DNA of 64,000 bases from Trypanosoma brucei (lineage: Eukaryota), in assembly GCA_000002445.1 (NCBI GenBank), contig CH464491.1, positions 5,088,001 to 5,152,000 on the forward strand, written 5' to 3'. The notes below the pieces were generated by a model, which did no database searches, was not told where the DNA came from, and saw only the letters and a program-made list of their open reading frames with translations. Positions 1-13,077 of the stretch are shown one piece after another (positions within the stretch are counted from its first letter, which is position 1; every line of letters begins with the position of its first letter). Made by a program: the position numbers and the translations under genes.

Positions 1-1079
1 CATCTTCCAAAAATGTTGATATAATCTTGTTGGGTTTTTGTGCTTTTCCTTGATGGTTTTGGTGGTAAGAGGAGTTACGTTGTTTAGTGGTTTGTTTTTG
101 ATTTTATTGTCTTCTGGTTTGCAGTGGCACCTGCCTGTCATCATGGCCAGCCATATTCTCGACCTGGCTCCGATGAGGTGGTAAATTTTTGATCACTTGT
201 GCTTGTTTCGGGAATATCAAAACCGCGCTCATGATTTGGTCCTTAAGGTCCCAGTTAGGTTTGTGAAGTGGCGGTTGTTACCACGCTTTTCGCCGTTTCT
301 TACCTTTGGATTTAAAATTAGAGTTCATACCCTTTTACAGTACTCTATCCCACCTTCATTCCCTCAATTACAAAATAACCCAACTTCTCCCGACTATTTA
401 TCCGCCAAAGTTAAAAAACATACTCTCTGTGAATCAACATGTCCGTAAGAACATAACTTTTAACATTAGGACATACCACCAAATTTTAAAACAGCAGCCA
501 ATACCATCATCACAGCTTTTGCATCTACCCATATCTGTGTGAAATGCGCGTCACAGAAAACTCCTTGTAATCCTTGGGCACTATTTTAATTTGAAAGCTG
601 TGTTGTCGCAGTCTGTCACTTTATTTCGCTTGTTTGTCCCATCATTTATCTTTCCTATCGCTGGTCTCTTTGTATTAGGAGCGACTCGATTTGACTCTTA
701 CATTGAACACTGTCTTTTCCTTTTCGTCTCCTCCATCATTTTTTTGTGTATGAAGACCATCGTCATATTGTCGTTTGAATCTGAGCATATTTCGTCTTCC
801 TTAATTTCTCCGTCATTGTCTCGAACAGTTAATTATTCCAATTGATCACTTTCCATTATTTTAACTGCCTCTATTTTTATGATTATTTCGACCCACAGCA
901 ATTTCTTATCATTATTATCATGATCATAACTAACATCCATTAAATAAAAAAAATTGAGATTCACTCATTTGTAACACTCTTTAACCACACAATTTTACAT
1001 CCATAGACCACTTTCACATCAATTTTTTAATTATTAAATTTCTTCAAATTTATACTAATTGGAAAAAGTTTGACAGAAG

Positions 1080-1095
1080 GCGTTAAAATATATCA
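1080..1095 (-). promoter_or_regulatory. VSG 3'UTR conserved 16-mer (1 mismatch), sense on minus strand
   Basis: Plus strand reads gcgttaaaatatatca, the reverse complement of TGATATATTTTAACGC. It lies about 70 nt 3' of the VSG stop at 1159. Confidence 0.5.
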
Positions 1096-1158
1096 AATGG
1101 TATAAAAATTAGTAACTTATCTCAAAATTGAGGAAAACCCTTTTAAATCCTTAAAGTT

Positions 1159-2585
1159 TTATACTAGAAGCAAAAATGCAAGCAAAAGAGGTGCCTTAAT
1201 GACAGCATAATTGTTTCCTGTTGTATTTCTAGCTTTCCCATCTTTCCCTGCAGATTCTTTTCTTTCTTTTTCATCTCCTTTTTCGCCGTCTTCACTCAAT
1301 ACGCATTTTGGTCCCTATTTTATGTTTTCATTATATTTTCAGTTTTTGTCTGCATTGCACGTTTTGGGGTCTACTTTTTCGTTGCCAATTTGTTCTGAGA
1401 TTTTGTTTTCTTTTTTTTCGCTGCCTCTTTCTGCGCCAGTGTTTTTCTCAGTTTGACGATCGTGTCGGAAAGATGCATTTCGTAATAGCTGAGAATGGTG
1501 ATTTGACAGGTTTTCATCTGCAATTTGGGACAGCTTCTACTTCTTCGGGTTACCGCTGATGCCTTCCGGGATCGTTTCTTCGTCGACTAGTTTAAGGGTA
1601 TCGGTAATCTTGTTCTCTTCGTCGCCTCCAAGTAATTGCACCAGCTCCGCTTTACCGTTTTTGGTTTTTTGCTCCTCTTTAGTCAGAAGAACGCTCTTGG
1701 CTGCTTGCAGTATATCCGCTCTTTATGTTGGTTTGCCAGTTGTGTTTTTAAAGTTTTCGGACTGTTTGGTTTCTATTCCTTTCCTTGCATTGAACAAATT
1801 GACGAATGCTGCCAGCTTGCCGACGCCACCGTTGCTGAGTTTTGTTAGGTCTTCCAGAGTTGCTGTTGTGTCTGACGTGGCTACCGTAACGTAACCTGCT
1901 GTGATCTTGAGGGTGTTATCTAGTACCGCCGTTCCATACTTGTTGGCGCCGCCAGCTAGAATGTTACATGCGGCTGTGTTGGCGGCTTGTTGTCGGCGTC
2001 TTCCGTCCTCGAAAGAAGGTTGTCAAAACCTTGGTCTCTTAGCACCGAGGTTGTCAGGTACGTTGCGCTAGCCTCGGAGATCTTGCGATTACACAGCGTA
2101 CCACTAATGTCAGATGCTATTTCTGTTGCTATTGTTGTTGTTGTTGTTTCAAAAAAACCTGTTGTTGTATTACATTTGGCGGAAGTCATCACGTTAAGGA
2201 ACTCGTTAAGGTTGCCTTTCAGATACACTGCATGCGCAACGGCTTTTATGGCCTGTGGAATCGCCGTTTGTCTCAGGTGACTGATTGCTTTGTTTTTTTG
2301 ACTTATATAGGCTTTCAGGAAACTGACTTTTCTGACTGTTTCGGTGCCGCTGTTTTGGGCTAGGTAAATTGCCGTTCGCAGCTCTGCTGATTTACTGTTT
2401 TTTGTTGCTTTCAACTGGTCGGTGCTGCTTTTCATTGCTGCGCCTGCATATGTGTTTAGTTCTTCGCTGAGTTCGCGGACGGGCTGCCAAACCACTTTTA
2501 ATAGCCCCATTCCAGCTGTAGCGGCAGCATAGCGACAAATTAAGCAAGTTTAAACCAGTGAAAATAACAATGTTCGCAAGTAAAG
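1159..2585 (-). pseudogene. VSG pseudogene, fragmented by frameshifts
   Basis: ORF 1956..2510(-) is VSG N-domain-like (…AKCNTTTGFFETTTTT…). A GPI-signal block NTTGNNYAVIKAPLLLAFLLLV* ends at 1159 in another frame. Confidence 0.6.
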
Positions 2586-4267
2586 ACCGTAACGGTTTTT
2601 CATTGGTCTTTTAGCCAAAATATTTCTAACTTTTTTTCGGTAGTTCCTATGGGTTAAAAAAATAAAAATAAAAAGTTTTCTTGGGCCTGTAAAACCGCCT
2701 TTGGGTGTGAGTCATTAAATGGTAGGAAAAAACCACAGATTGTTAGCTACCTGATACTGCAACCTTCCAACCGCACCGCTATCTAATACCCAAGTAAAAA
2801 ATGAAAGAAATTAAATTGGATAAATATGTAACAAATACAAAACTACAGTTTTCTATTTTTAAAATTCCATTAAAGAATTAAAAACATTTTCATTTAAAAA
2901 ATTTTAAGTCAAATCAATGATGTCATGTCATTTCCAAAAATGAAAAAGACAAAAACAGCACGTATTTCTTCCACAAAAAATTATAAACATTCGAAAAATT
3001 TATAATAATGACGAAAAGTAGCGCACTAAGAAAATAGGCAAATTATCACTCTAAATTGCTGTGTTTTTCATATGTTCAACTTGTTCAAAGTTCAGCTTCA
3101 CCACATAAACCAATGGAAAGTATTTAAAAAGTTAACCTCAGTTGTAGTAGTATGACACGTTTACAGTTTCAGTTAGAAGCAGGGTCTTTCTATATATATC
3201 TGTTTATGAAACACTGAAAATTGATGATTTTCAGTGGCTTATATCATCTGCTAGTTCACATGCTTCACTTTGTGTCGGAATAAATGGTCTGTTTTTTATT
3301 CTGTCGGACATAATTGACATTTTGTTTGTACTTGTGCGTGTCTGAATTCACTTTGGGCTGATGCCGTTTATACCTTGATTATTTGGGACCGAAAATTGCC
3401 TTCCTTTACGTTTTTCGTTTGTTACCATACGACGGTAAATCTCTATCGGAGTCAGCTTTGATGTGAATCAGTTACTCGCTTCTTGACAGAAGTAAATTTC
3501 TCATCTGGATTCAAAAGAAGGATTGGAGAAGTGTCGCCACTGATTCTCTCTCGTCATAAACATCGTCTACTGTTTTATAAATTCGCTATTTTAAGTGTTT
3601 TTCTCATTTTTTCTTTTTTCAACGTTCACGTCAATTCATTTGAAGTTATAGTTGTAATATTCTAATCACGATAGTACTATATTGGTTTCCACAAATGTTG
3701 CGGTTTATTACGATATCTAATGGGAATATGACTTCAAAATTATTACACACATAACCAATCTGTTTTACTTTATTCGGTTCGTCCTCTTCACAGCTGGATA
3801 TTATTATTTGCCATCAGAATAAAAAACACAGTTTTTACAGTCATCTCTGCAAAAAATATATTAATTTTTTAATGAAATATGCATCGTCATCTGTTCTTCA
3901 CCATCTACCATTTCTTCTGTGGTATACTCTTGCAGTTTCACCTTTTTGAAGTCTGAAATATCTTTCTTCTATCCTTTTTTCTATCTTCGCTTTTGTAGAT
4001 AACGTAGCAATCCACTCTCTCTGCACTTCCTTCTGTTTCTGCCTTATTGTTATTTCCATCACATTCTGTAAATAATTATTCACATATTAATATTTGTTTT
4101 TGAAGAAATACGTATAGAAACTTTTTTAAATATTTATTCGTCTCTATTTCCTTAAATAATGTTAATTGTTCTTTCTCCAATTCACCGTTACTTTAATAGT
4201 CCTCTATTACCCTCGCTATTTTTTAATGTTTTTATTTTGACTCACTATTTAGTCATCACCACTACTT

Positions 4268-4345
4268 TTATTATAATATTCGTATATTCACACACTCACT
4301 GCTCTCTCCTATCATTATCATTATTATTATATTACCATTATGATC
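4268..4345 (-). repeat. 70-bp repeat unit (VSG-associated)
   Basis: ttattataatattcgtatattcacacactcac…tcattatcattattatt matches the reverse complement of the 70-bp consensus core plus a TAA/TGA triplet tract. Confidence 0.75.
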
Positions 4346-4523
4346 CTGATTAATACCAATAAAATAAACAAAGAAAGCAAATACAAAATTAGAATAGCAC
4401 TCATTTTCAATACCATTTCACACTATTAAATTGGACCCATAGGTCACGTACATGACGGAATTTCAGATTTTCAATTCTTCAAATTACCAAAAAATTTCCA
4501 AAAAATTACCAAAATTAACAAAA

Positions 4524-4539
4524 GTGTTAAAATATATCA
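4524..4539 (-). promoter_or_regulatory. VSG 3'UTR 16-mer TGATATATTTTAACAC
   Basis: Plus strand reads gtgttaaaatatatca. It sits immediately 3' of the VSG stop at 4544. Confidence 0.7.
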
Positions 4540-4543
4540 AATA

Positions 4544-6034
4544 TTAACAAATTTTCTCAAAAATAGCAAATTTCATAAGTTTTAGAAAATTTAGCAAAAC
4601 TGCAAGCAAAAGAGGGGCCTTTATTACAGCAGAAATAACAGCTGCTCTCTCCTTAACTTTGCACTCATTCTTCTCCTTATTCCAATCACACTTAGTTTTG
4701 TCGCAATCTTTTCCTTCAGTGGCTTTGCAAACCTCGGCTTTTTTATCCCCGTCTTTCTTTTCTCCTGTTTTTTCTGCTGATGCATCTACTTTGTTACCAT
4801 TTTCCTCCTCTTTAGTGTTGGTCTTGCTTGAGGGTTTGCCAGTTTTTGATTTTGTTAGCTGAATAATGGAATAAGCCACGGCTGCTTGTAGCTGTGCCAG
4901 GTTGTCTGTGGACCCTACCTTTTGTTCGTCTGTTGCCAGCAATGCGGCCTTTGGGATCCCTAGTGTAGCTAAGGTGCCCCACACTTTGTTGTCGAATGTG
5001 CCTTGTTCGTTGCCATAATGTTTTTCGACCAGTTGTGTTAAGTCCTGGTCTTTGCCTTGAAGCTCGCTTGGGCTGACATCGGGTAACTAAATCGCTGCTG
5101 CTATTTTCTTGAAGGTTGGTTCCTTCGTCATCCCAATTGATGTTAACGTCGCCGCTTTGAAGTTTAGTGTCTCCAGTGTTGCTGTGATTTTGGAAAGGCC
5201 TGCAAGTTTTTGTTGTACATATTTTGTGGGTGGAATGACGGTTTTATCCTGTCCCCCCGCTATTGCAAAGTCTGGCTTGTTGACGTTTTCCGATTCGTAA
5301 GTTATCTTCTTCTCCGTTAGCAGTTTGCCGCCGTTGATCCTCAGTGTTGTCTGACTTGAGCTGTCATGGCTTTCACAGGCCGTGCCCGGGTCTGAGTTGC
5401 CGCTGCATAGCCTCGGACCGATGGCCGCTGTTGTCGACTTTGCTATTGTCGTCAGTTGGAACACGTCAATGGTTGTTTTTGTTGTGTGTTGTCTTGCGTC
5501 CGTGGCTGCTGTCCTTGGCGTTGCTGTCAGTTTTTCGTGGCACTTGGGTTTGTCTTTGCTTAGCGCTTCAGCTATTAGATGGACGCCGTTGGCAGTTAGG
5601 AAGTTCTGTGCTGTGTTTTGTGTGTGTGCGTCGAGCTCCAGGTCAGTTAGTTCTTAGACAGTCTCTTCTGCCCCTTTGAGTTCGGCTAAGTTTTTTACCA
5701 GAGCGGAGATGGTTGATTTTGCGCCCCTGAGTGCTGCTTTTGCTGTTTCAATTTTTTCGGCTATTGCCGGCAGTAGTGGTGCCCACAGGGTTGATCCCGC
5801 CTGTGCTGTTAGCTGTGCAGCTGCTGTTGCCTTTGCCAGAGTTTTTTCGCCCTCTTCAATCTGCTTGTCTTGCTGATTTACTATGCCATCAATGTGCGAT
5901 ATCATCCACTGTATGTGGTCCGCTGAGTCGCAACCGTCCGCTATAGTTTTGGTTAACTCTTGTAATTGGGCGTCGCACGTTAATGCTGCGGTGCCAACTG
6001 CTACCAGCGCTACAGCGCAGATTCGACGGTGCAT
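4544..6034 (-). pseudogene. VSG pseudogene; N-domain with signal peptide, body split over 3 frames
   Basis: ORFs 5654..6034 (MHRRICAVALVAVGTAALTCDAQ… signal), 5087..5464 and 4544..4984 (…CDKTKCDWNKEKNECKVKERAAVISAVIKAPLLLAVLL…) are consecutive but out of frame. The usual LLF* terminus reads through as LLNFLKLMKF…. Confidence 0.75.
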
Positions 6035-7809
6035 CGTTGCTGTGTGAGTTCGTCCTTGCTTTGCCGTTTGTGCCCGCTGAACTTTCTGACTAGCGTTGCT
6101 GCACTTCAGTTGTCTTTTTAATACAGACCTTCTTTGTGCAGCTCTGTCTTACTGGTTGCCACGGCGGTGGCGACAGCGAAGCCTTTATTCGGTTGGTACG
6201 AAGTTTTGCTTGACACGTTGTTCCCTGCCTGCGCCTGTTGATTTCTACTTCTTTCTTTTTTCAGATGTCGTTATTGCTGCCTCTTTGTGCACTCTTTTGT
6301 TTCATATAACCAATTTAGATAATGAAGATAAGACAAAACGGCGTTTTGTTTCTGAAGGATACTTGTTTATAGGTTGAACTTTGTGTCGAAGCCTGGTCTT
6401 CTTTAGAAAACGCTCACTGCTCCAGTGGCTATACCTTGGTCTTGCGTGCGAAACACATTTGGGCTTGACTTACTCCTTTCAATTTCCTTTTCTCTCTGAC
6501 TTTTATGCTGAGTTATATGTTAAGTAGTTAAACATGTCGACCTTACCATTTACAACCCCCTATTTTTATGGTTTGATCCTTTCTCCTTGGTGAAATTACT
6601 TATTTTAAATACATGTTGGATGTCAAAACGCTGCTGTCTCGTGTTTTCTTTAACTCCTCAAGACGTGTCTTTGTAGAAAGTTCCGTTACTAAAGAAGTGT
6701 TTTCCCGAGCAAAAGCCTCGTAAAAAAATTTGCGGTTGTTTGCAGCACTGTTCGTCAGTGTTGCCTCGTGCCGAGGTTCTTTCCTGCTGCCGCCACTATT
6801 GCCACTCCCACAGCGGCGTCTAACATTAGCTTTTTCCTCTCTAATCTTTTCTGTTGATGATACAGTGCATTTCTTTTTTTAATACACCGGTCTGCCTTCA
6901 AATGAACCTAATCTTTTTTAGGTCCATTACTATTCATGTTTTTTTGCTTTTTTATACACATAAATACAGAAAGCATTTATGAAAACAAGTGTAAATTCGA
7001 AATGGGTGCTCTTTAATGGTTTTTTACTATTAGATCTTATTCGCCTGCATTATTCTAAGTTAAACCGTTTCTAATCTCCTAAATCTTCCATGTAAACTCG
7101 TTTGTCAAACCTCTACCTGTCATTATTCTAGAACAAAAAATGCTTTTTTTCTCTAATAACTTCACAAGCTCGTCTAAGTGTATGTTTCACTATGTTTAAC
7201 TATTTTAACACTATGTGTTGATGGATAGAATCTTAATTGGTGATTGTTTATCGATTATTTAATGCATATTTCCACATGTGGAAGATCTGTATAAGTTTAG
7301 TGCTGGATCTATTTTTGCTTTATGAAATATTGGGGACATTCATCAGCTTATTAGGGTGTGTCGCTCCGGCACTCTTGGGAGTTATGAAGCGAAAAAACTT
7401 TTCAACGATTTTTGCGTCATTTTCAGCTGAATCCTCCCTGCCAAATTGGTCCTTGTCTGCGCTAGTTTTGTTAGCACAAATAATGCATTCTTCACATACG
7501 TCTTTAGTGAATTTTGACTCGGTGATTTCAGAGCTCTAATACTTGAATTGCTTCTTCTTTTTACTTGCAGAGGCTCCATGTGTCCCGTACACTGGAACCC
7601 ACCTATACTTGATATGCCTGTATCATCTCCTTGTATATGATGACGATGATGCCGATTTTCATGTTTGTGTATGAAACTGGGCATAGTCCACATTTCTTTG
7701 CCTTACTCTTAGGCGCTGCACCACTTACTGACCACATGGCACCCTTGTCATCGCTTTAAGCACTTTTATTTCACCTTTCAATTCTGTTTTCAATATCATT
7801 GCCTTCACC

Positions 7810-7885
7810 ACAATATTCGTATATACACACACTTACAACAGTCTCCTATTATTATTATTATTATCATTATCATTATTATTATTAA
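7810..7885 (-). repeat. 70-bp repeat unit
   Basis: caatattcgtatatacacacacttacaacagtctcctattattattatt…. Confidence 0.75.
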
Positions 7886-8062
7886 AACTCTACAAATCTA
7901 AACAAAATAAAACAAGTTTGTAAAAAATTTATAATAGTATTCATTTTTCATATCCTATCACTCTGATACTTTATACCTATATGCTAGTGTTGCGCACTAT
8001 GTCGAAGTTTCATATTTTTAAATTCTCATAATTTTGAAAAATTTCACATTTTTACTAGAAAG

Positions 8063-8078
8063 TGTTAAAATATATTAG
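8063..8078 (-). promoter_or_regulatory. VSG 3'UTR 16-mer variant
   Basis: gtgttaaaatatatta (1 mismatch), 3' of the VSG stop at 8117. Confidence 0.55.
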
Positions 8079-8116
8079 AAAATTTCAGCGTGGAAAAAAT
8101 GAGGAGGAAATTTCCT

Positions 8117-9565
8117 TTAGAAAAGCAAAAATGCAGGCAAAAGAGGTGCTTTTATTACAGCTGAAATAACAGCCGCGCCCTTTTTAACTTTACATTCATT
8201 CTCTTCCTTGTTCCAAGTGCATTTTGTCGTGTCACAATTAGTCTCCAATTTACCTTTGCACTCCTCGTCTTTTTTATCCCCGTCTTTTTTATCTCCTGCG
8301 TCTTTACCTAATTCTTTTTGGCTTGTCGTGTTAACACTCTTGTCCGATGCTTGTGCTGATGCGGCCCGAATTGTTCGAAGTCTGGATAATGCATCGTGCT
8401 CTTCGGTGTCGTCGATGATAGTGTCGATTGTAACGGGCTGTACCTTGCCGCCCCTGTAGACTAGCATTTTTGTATCCGCGAGTAGTTTTTTGAACTTTGC
8501 TTCAAATTTGGTTGTGGAATCAGTATAAGCGTCTTTCAGGAATGTTGTCATGTTCTCCTCATCTGCTGGCTTCATTTCCGTTTTGTCTTTGTATTGCCGG
8601 AGGCACCCTTTTGCCACTTGTTTGACTATGGGAATTTCTGATAGAGCCGCCCCTGTGAGGTCTAGAGGTGTTGGAATTTTTATTTGGGTTGTTAGTGCTG
8701 TGCAAATTTTGTAAAGGCTCGTTTTCTGGTCATCATCTTTGCCGCCGTTTGTGGCCAGCGGCTCGCACCCTTGCTCAGGTTTGTTATCTTTGTATATCTT
8801 GATTTTTTTAGGCGTGCCCGCCGTTGCGTCGGGTGCTTCTGCCGGCTTGGCCGTTGGGCCGTTGGCGACATTGGTTATATCGTCGATCGCGCAGCTGGTC
8901 TTTGCGCCGGTCCAGCTCGTCCAGCTGGTGCTGCCGGTACACCCGCTATTGTATGTGACTGTTATGATTGATGGGTTTATATTGTCCAGTAGTTTGGTTG
9001 TGTCGACCGTGATAAATTTCTCTACAAGCTTCGGCTTGATTTCTTTGCTTTCTGTTTGCCACTTGTTTTGGGTCTTTTTGACTTCGCATAGATTTGTCGA
9101 TTTTATCTTAGGTGTTAACTTGTGTTCCGTTGTCGTGCCACTCGCTTTTTTGTGGGCGCTGTTGCCGATTTCGAATTCTGTGTTTGCAAGTTTCACGGCC
9201 GCTTCCGCTGTTTTGGTGAATTGAGCTAGGTGTCTTAGTCCCTCCGCTTTGTTTTTTATTGCAGTATTTATCGTTTCGGCTGCTGCTTTGGTGTGTTGTG
9301 CCGCCGCCGCCGCTGCGGCCGCTAACAAACAGCCGTCATCGGTACCGGCGCCTATAGCTGCCGCCAAAGTTAGTCGGCGCCGTTGCTTATCCAGGTCAAT
9401 TACATCTGTTTTCGCGGCCTCTACTTCTGTCGCCAGCTGTTCTTCTAGTGCTGCTAAGTAAAGGGCTGCATGGCAGACTGTGGTCAGATCCGCTTCCTTC
9501 GCGTCGTCTGCGCCAACAAAGACTGCTTTTATTACTAAAATAGCTGTTATAGACAGTCGGTTCAT
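8117..9565 (-). CDS. Variant surface glycoprotein, apparently intact
   Basis: Uninterrupted 482-aa ORF from ATG at 9563-9565 (MNRLSITAILVIKAVFVGA signal; the listed ORF start at 9595 is a TTG). Cys-rich C-terminal domain …CDTTKCTWNKEENECKVKKGAAVISAVIKAPLLPAFLLF* with GPI signal. Confidence 0.85.
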   Translation of the reverse strand: MNRLSITAILVIKAVFVGADDAKEADLTTVCHAALYLAALEEQLATEVEAAKTDVIDLDKQRRRLTLAAAIGAGTDDGCLLAAAAAAAAQHTKAAAETINTAIKNKAEGLRHLAQFTKTAEAAVKLANTEFEIGNSAHKKASGTTTEHKLTPKIKSTNLCEVKKTQNKWQTESKEIKPKLVEKFITVDTTKLLDNINPSIITVTYNSGCTGSTSWTSWTGAKTSCAIDDITNVANGPTAKPAEAPDATAGTPKKIKIYKDNKPEQGCEPLATNGGKDDDQKTSLYKICTALTTQIKIPTPLDLTGAALSEIPIVKQVAKGCLRQYKDKTEMKPADEENMTTFLKDAYTDSTTKFEAKFKKLLADTKMLVYRGGKVQPVTIDTIIDDTEEHDALSRLRTIRAASAQASDKSVNTTSQKELGKDAGDKKDGDKKDEECKGKLETNCDTTKCTWNKEENECKVKKGAAVISAVIKAPLLPAFLLF

Positions 9566-11234
9566 TCTCCTGGTTAAACTTTTTTTCTGCAGCAAATCTG
9601 GCGGAGGGGTAGAAGTGGTGCTTTCTGCCGCTACAGTAGAACACTTTGTCAGCCACTCGCGTTTTTGTTCTGTTTTCTGTTTTGTATGCGGCTCGTTTTA
9701 TTTACAATGTAAGTTTCTTTTCCCCTAAACCGATTCGGCACTGTCGATGCCAATTTTCGATCGAAAAACAATCACCTTATTGTTGAATATAAAATTATTT
9801 TAGTATTTAGCAGAGACGTTGTTAATTTACATTCCTGGCTTTTCGTTGTGACCTTTGTGTTTTTGCTTTGTTTTCTTGTTACCCTCTTTACTCTGTGGAC
9901 TGGTTTCCTTGTCCTTGACACGTTTCCATCGTTTCTCTTCTTTAAAATTATAGTCGATTTCTACAGCTTCTTTTTCATTTCTGAATTAATACAAGTTTCT
10001 TTTCAATTTGTTCAGCTACTTTTAACAATTTTGTTGTAAATACGTAGCATTTGCTTTCTGTGTCGTATCGGAATGTTCATTATTTAGCCAAATATCTTTT
10101 TATAGCTGCAGTTAGTCACATTGTTTCAGTTGTTTTGTTTTTGAGTTTTCTGTTTTGCCATCATTTTTGTTTGACTGATTCGTCCCTTTTGACTCTACTT
10201 TGACTAGTTTCGGTGGTAGATTCTGCTTAGACTTCGTACACTCAACAATAACTACCTTAAACAAGTCAATCCATGCCCCCTGCCAATCTATAAAATACCT
10301 ATCTTTTTTTCAGCAATTCCCACCTCCATTTACACAAACAATTATAAAAAAATTTTACATACAAAGCATCTAGCATCTAAGTGTTGCAAGTTAGTTCATC
10401 CTATCATGATTCGTATATTCCACTTTTACTAGAAATAACCGTGTAACATTGCTGTTTCTCCTAGATGCAATTGATCTTAAGTTTCTTTTTGTGATCATAT
10501 GTTGTGATTTGTTTAACAGCTGGATAAGAATCTATAATTTAAAAACATTTAAAGTGCTTTTTGTCGCTTTTCTTTTGTTATTACGTACTGTTAGTTATGG
10601 GTCTGCAACACATCCTTCAAAGCTCTTAGTGTCTGTCCAGTATACTAATACTGAATTGGTTGTGTATTTTCTTTAATTCCCTCCACTTCAGAAAGTTCCT
10701 TGTAACTTGATGCATGGACTATTTGGAGCGGCATCATGTACTAAATCTTCTTTTCTGTCCACGGTAATCCACTAACAGTTCAAGTTTCAAAGTTCTCCTA
10801 TCGATAATATTGTATTAATTTACACACATTTTAGTGCATATTACAACATATGATAAGAATTATCCTGCGTTACATCACACGTATCCAGTTTTTTCTTTCT
10901 GCTACGTCCTTTTTCTTTTCATTCTTCACAAATGGAAATTAGGAGGTACCATCAGATCGAAACCGAGCTCGACCATTTCAGCGCTATAATACCTATCCAT
11001 TTCAAGTAAATACAGGGCATGATTTCCTCTTGCACGATGATATGTATCATTACATTTTGTTTCAAACTGCAAAAATCCCATCTCCATCACATACACTCTT
11101 TATATTTTTGTGCTTTCTTTAATAATATTCCTCGTACCTTCTCTCCTCCAGTCACTTGCTCACTCCTATTTCACCATTTCCATAGTTTTAACTGCTTCTG
11201 TTTTAGTTTTTTGTTTAGCATTCACAACTCTTTT

Positions 11235-11310
11235 TACAATAATATTATTATTTATATACTCACAACACTCACCTATCATTATTATGACAGTCATTATCAT
11301 TGCTATAAGT
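11235..11310 (-). repeat. 70-bp repeat unit
   Basis: aatattattatttatatactcacaacactcacctatcattattatgacagtcattatcatt. Confidence 0.65.
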
Positions 11311-11628
11311 ATATTTTCAATATCCATAAGGTAATTAAATAAAAAATTTTATAACAGCAGTTGCTTTTCATATTCTAAACCCTGATACTACACCCATAGG
11401 CTACTTTAATACATATTTTTTTAAAAATGTATTTTTTAAGTGTTTACTAACTTGCACATTTTCATTAAAAAATATCAAAAAATATCAAATTATGGCAATT
11501 TTATAAAGTTCAGAAAATTCTCTCAAATTCATAAATACCACAATTTGAGCAAGAATTCTTTTAAAATGCCACAAATAAAGCAGAAAATACATGACTGATA
11601 GAATTATAAAATTTATGAAAAACGATTT

Positions 11629-13077
11629 TTAATCTGTCTTATCTGTTTCAGTTTTTGGATAGCATTTCGGATCTTTTTTATCATCAAATTCACGACCAAT
11701 TTCCTTTTTACAATCTTTTCTTGTTTTGTGCTTTTTGCATTCGTCTGCTGTTTTTTTCGGTTCTTCTGCTTTTTCAGTTTTGATGGGACATGAGGTTTTT
11801 CCTTGGCTGTTCTTCTGTCCATCCTGGTAAGCGACGATGTTTTTGATAGTGTAATAGATTTGTGCATCCGCGAGTGCTTTCGGGTCCTTTATTTCTGCAA
11901 GTTTCTTTTCCCCATTTCCACCTACCGCATCCTTTGGGGGTTTTAGGTCCTTGAGGTCTTTTTCTATTGTCGATTTCACATTTTCTGCCTTGTCGCCAAA
12001 TATTGCCTTAATTAAGGCGTCAACTTTGGGTTTTGTAGGTGGGTTGGCATATGTCGCCGAGTCTCCGTCAACGGCTCTAGCGATCGCTTCTTACATGTCG
12101 CTGCTCTTTGTTATGGTTGCTGCGTCTGTTTCGACGCTAATCGCGCTTATGGCTGCGACTGCTTTCTCCAGTTCTAGTAGGTGCTTCAGTTCTGCTGGTA
12201 TCGTGGGGCCGTTAGGGACTGTGTTCGTTGTTGTGTCCGCGTTGTATTCACTGTCTAGTTTGGGTTCTTTTTTTGTTGATTTTTTGATCGATGTTGCGAA
12301 CACCATGCCGCCTTTGATTCCAAATGATGCCTGGCTCCCGGCGCAGGAAATACCGCTTATCTGCGTGTTTGGTGTTCCGTGGCTTCATACTGTGAGGGCT
12401 CCGCCGTAGCCCCCGGGTTCTGCCGCTGTTAATACTGCAAGAGAAATTGCGTCCGGGGCGTTCATATCCGCGTCGTCTTTTTCTTTGTCTTTTTTCCTGC
12501 TGTTGTCGTCGGCTATGCATGCTGGTTTGGTCGCTATTGTTAGCTTGGGTGTTATCTTCAGGTGTGTTCCTTCGGCGGTTACCGAAGCCGCTGCTACTGT
12601 CGGTACATCGGCGATCTTTAGTGAATGCAGCTCTGCAATTACTTCTTGATCACCTGCTAGGCGGCCAATTGCGGAAACGCCTGCGTTTATCGCCTCGTTT
12701 TCGGCTAAAATTGTGGCCATGGCGCGAATGGCTCCCTCGTCGATTCGTGCCACTATTATACGGCCTGCAGCTTGATTTTCGGGGCTAGTGCTGGCGACCG
12801 CAACCTTTATCTTCGTGGCTGTTGTTGCTGCTTGAATTGCTTTGTTTAGCGCGCTACGCACTGCGTTACCTGCTTTGATTTCAAGGCCACGAAGGTAGTC
12901 GCTGGCGCCGCATGCTGTAGTGATTTGGGCTTTCTTGTTGTGGATCGTGCCTGCGGCGCCCAGCTGCAAAGTTAGTGTTGTCAGCACCAGTGCGAGTTTG
13001 GACATTTTTTTCTTGTGTGGTCTTTCTTGTAAGGGGGTAACTCTATGCGGTAGGTTTGGCTTCACAATTGTTGACAT
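11629..13077 (-). pseudogene. VSG pseudogene (frameshifted; no GPI signal)
   Basis: 12385..13077 encodes MSKLALVLTTLTLQLGAAG… (signal plus VSG N-domain). It continues in other frames through 12091..12306 and 11629..11979 (Cys/Lys-rich C-terminal domain ending …DPKCYPKTETDKTD* with no hydrophobic tail). Confidence 0.75.

Noticed and set aside
12248..12520. Arg/Lys-rich small ORFs (12248..12520, 15885..16292, 38532..38909, 40950..41432)
   Set aside because: They are out-of-frame readings of GC-rich VSG coding sequence on the same or opposite strand. They are overlapped by better-supported VSG frames.
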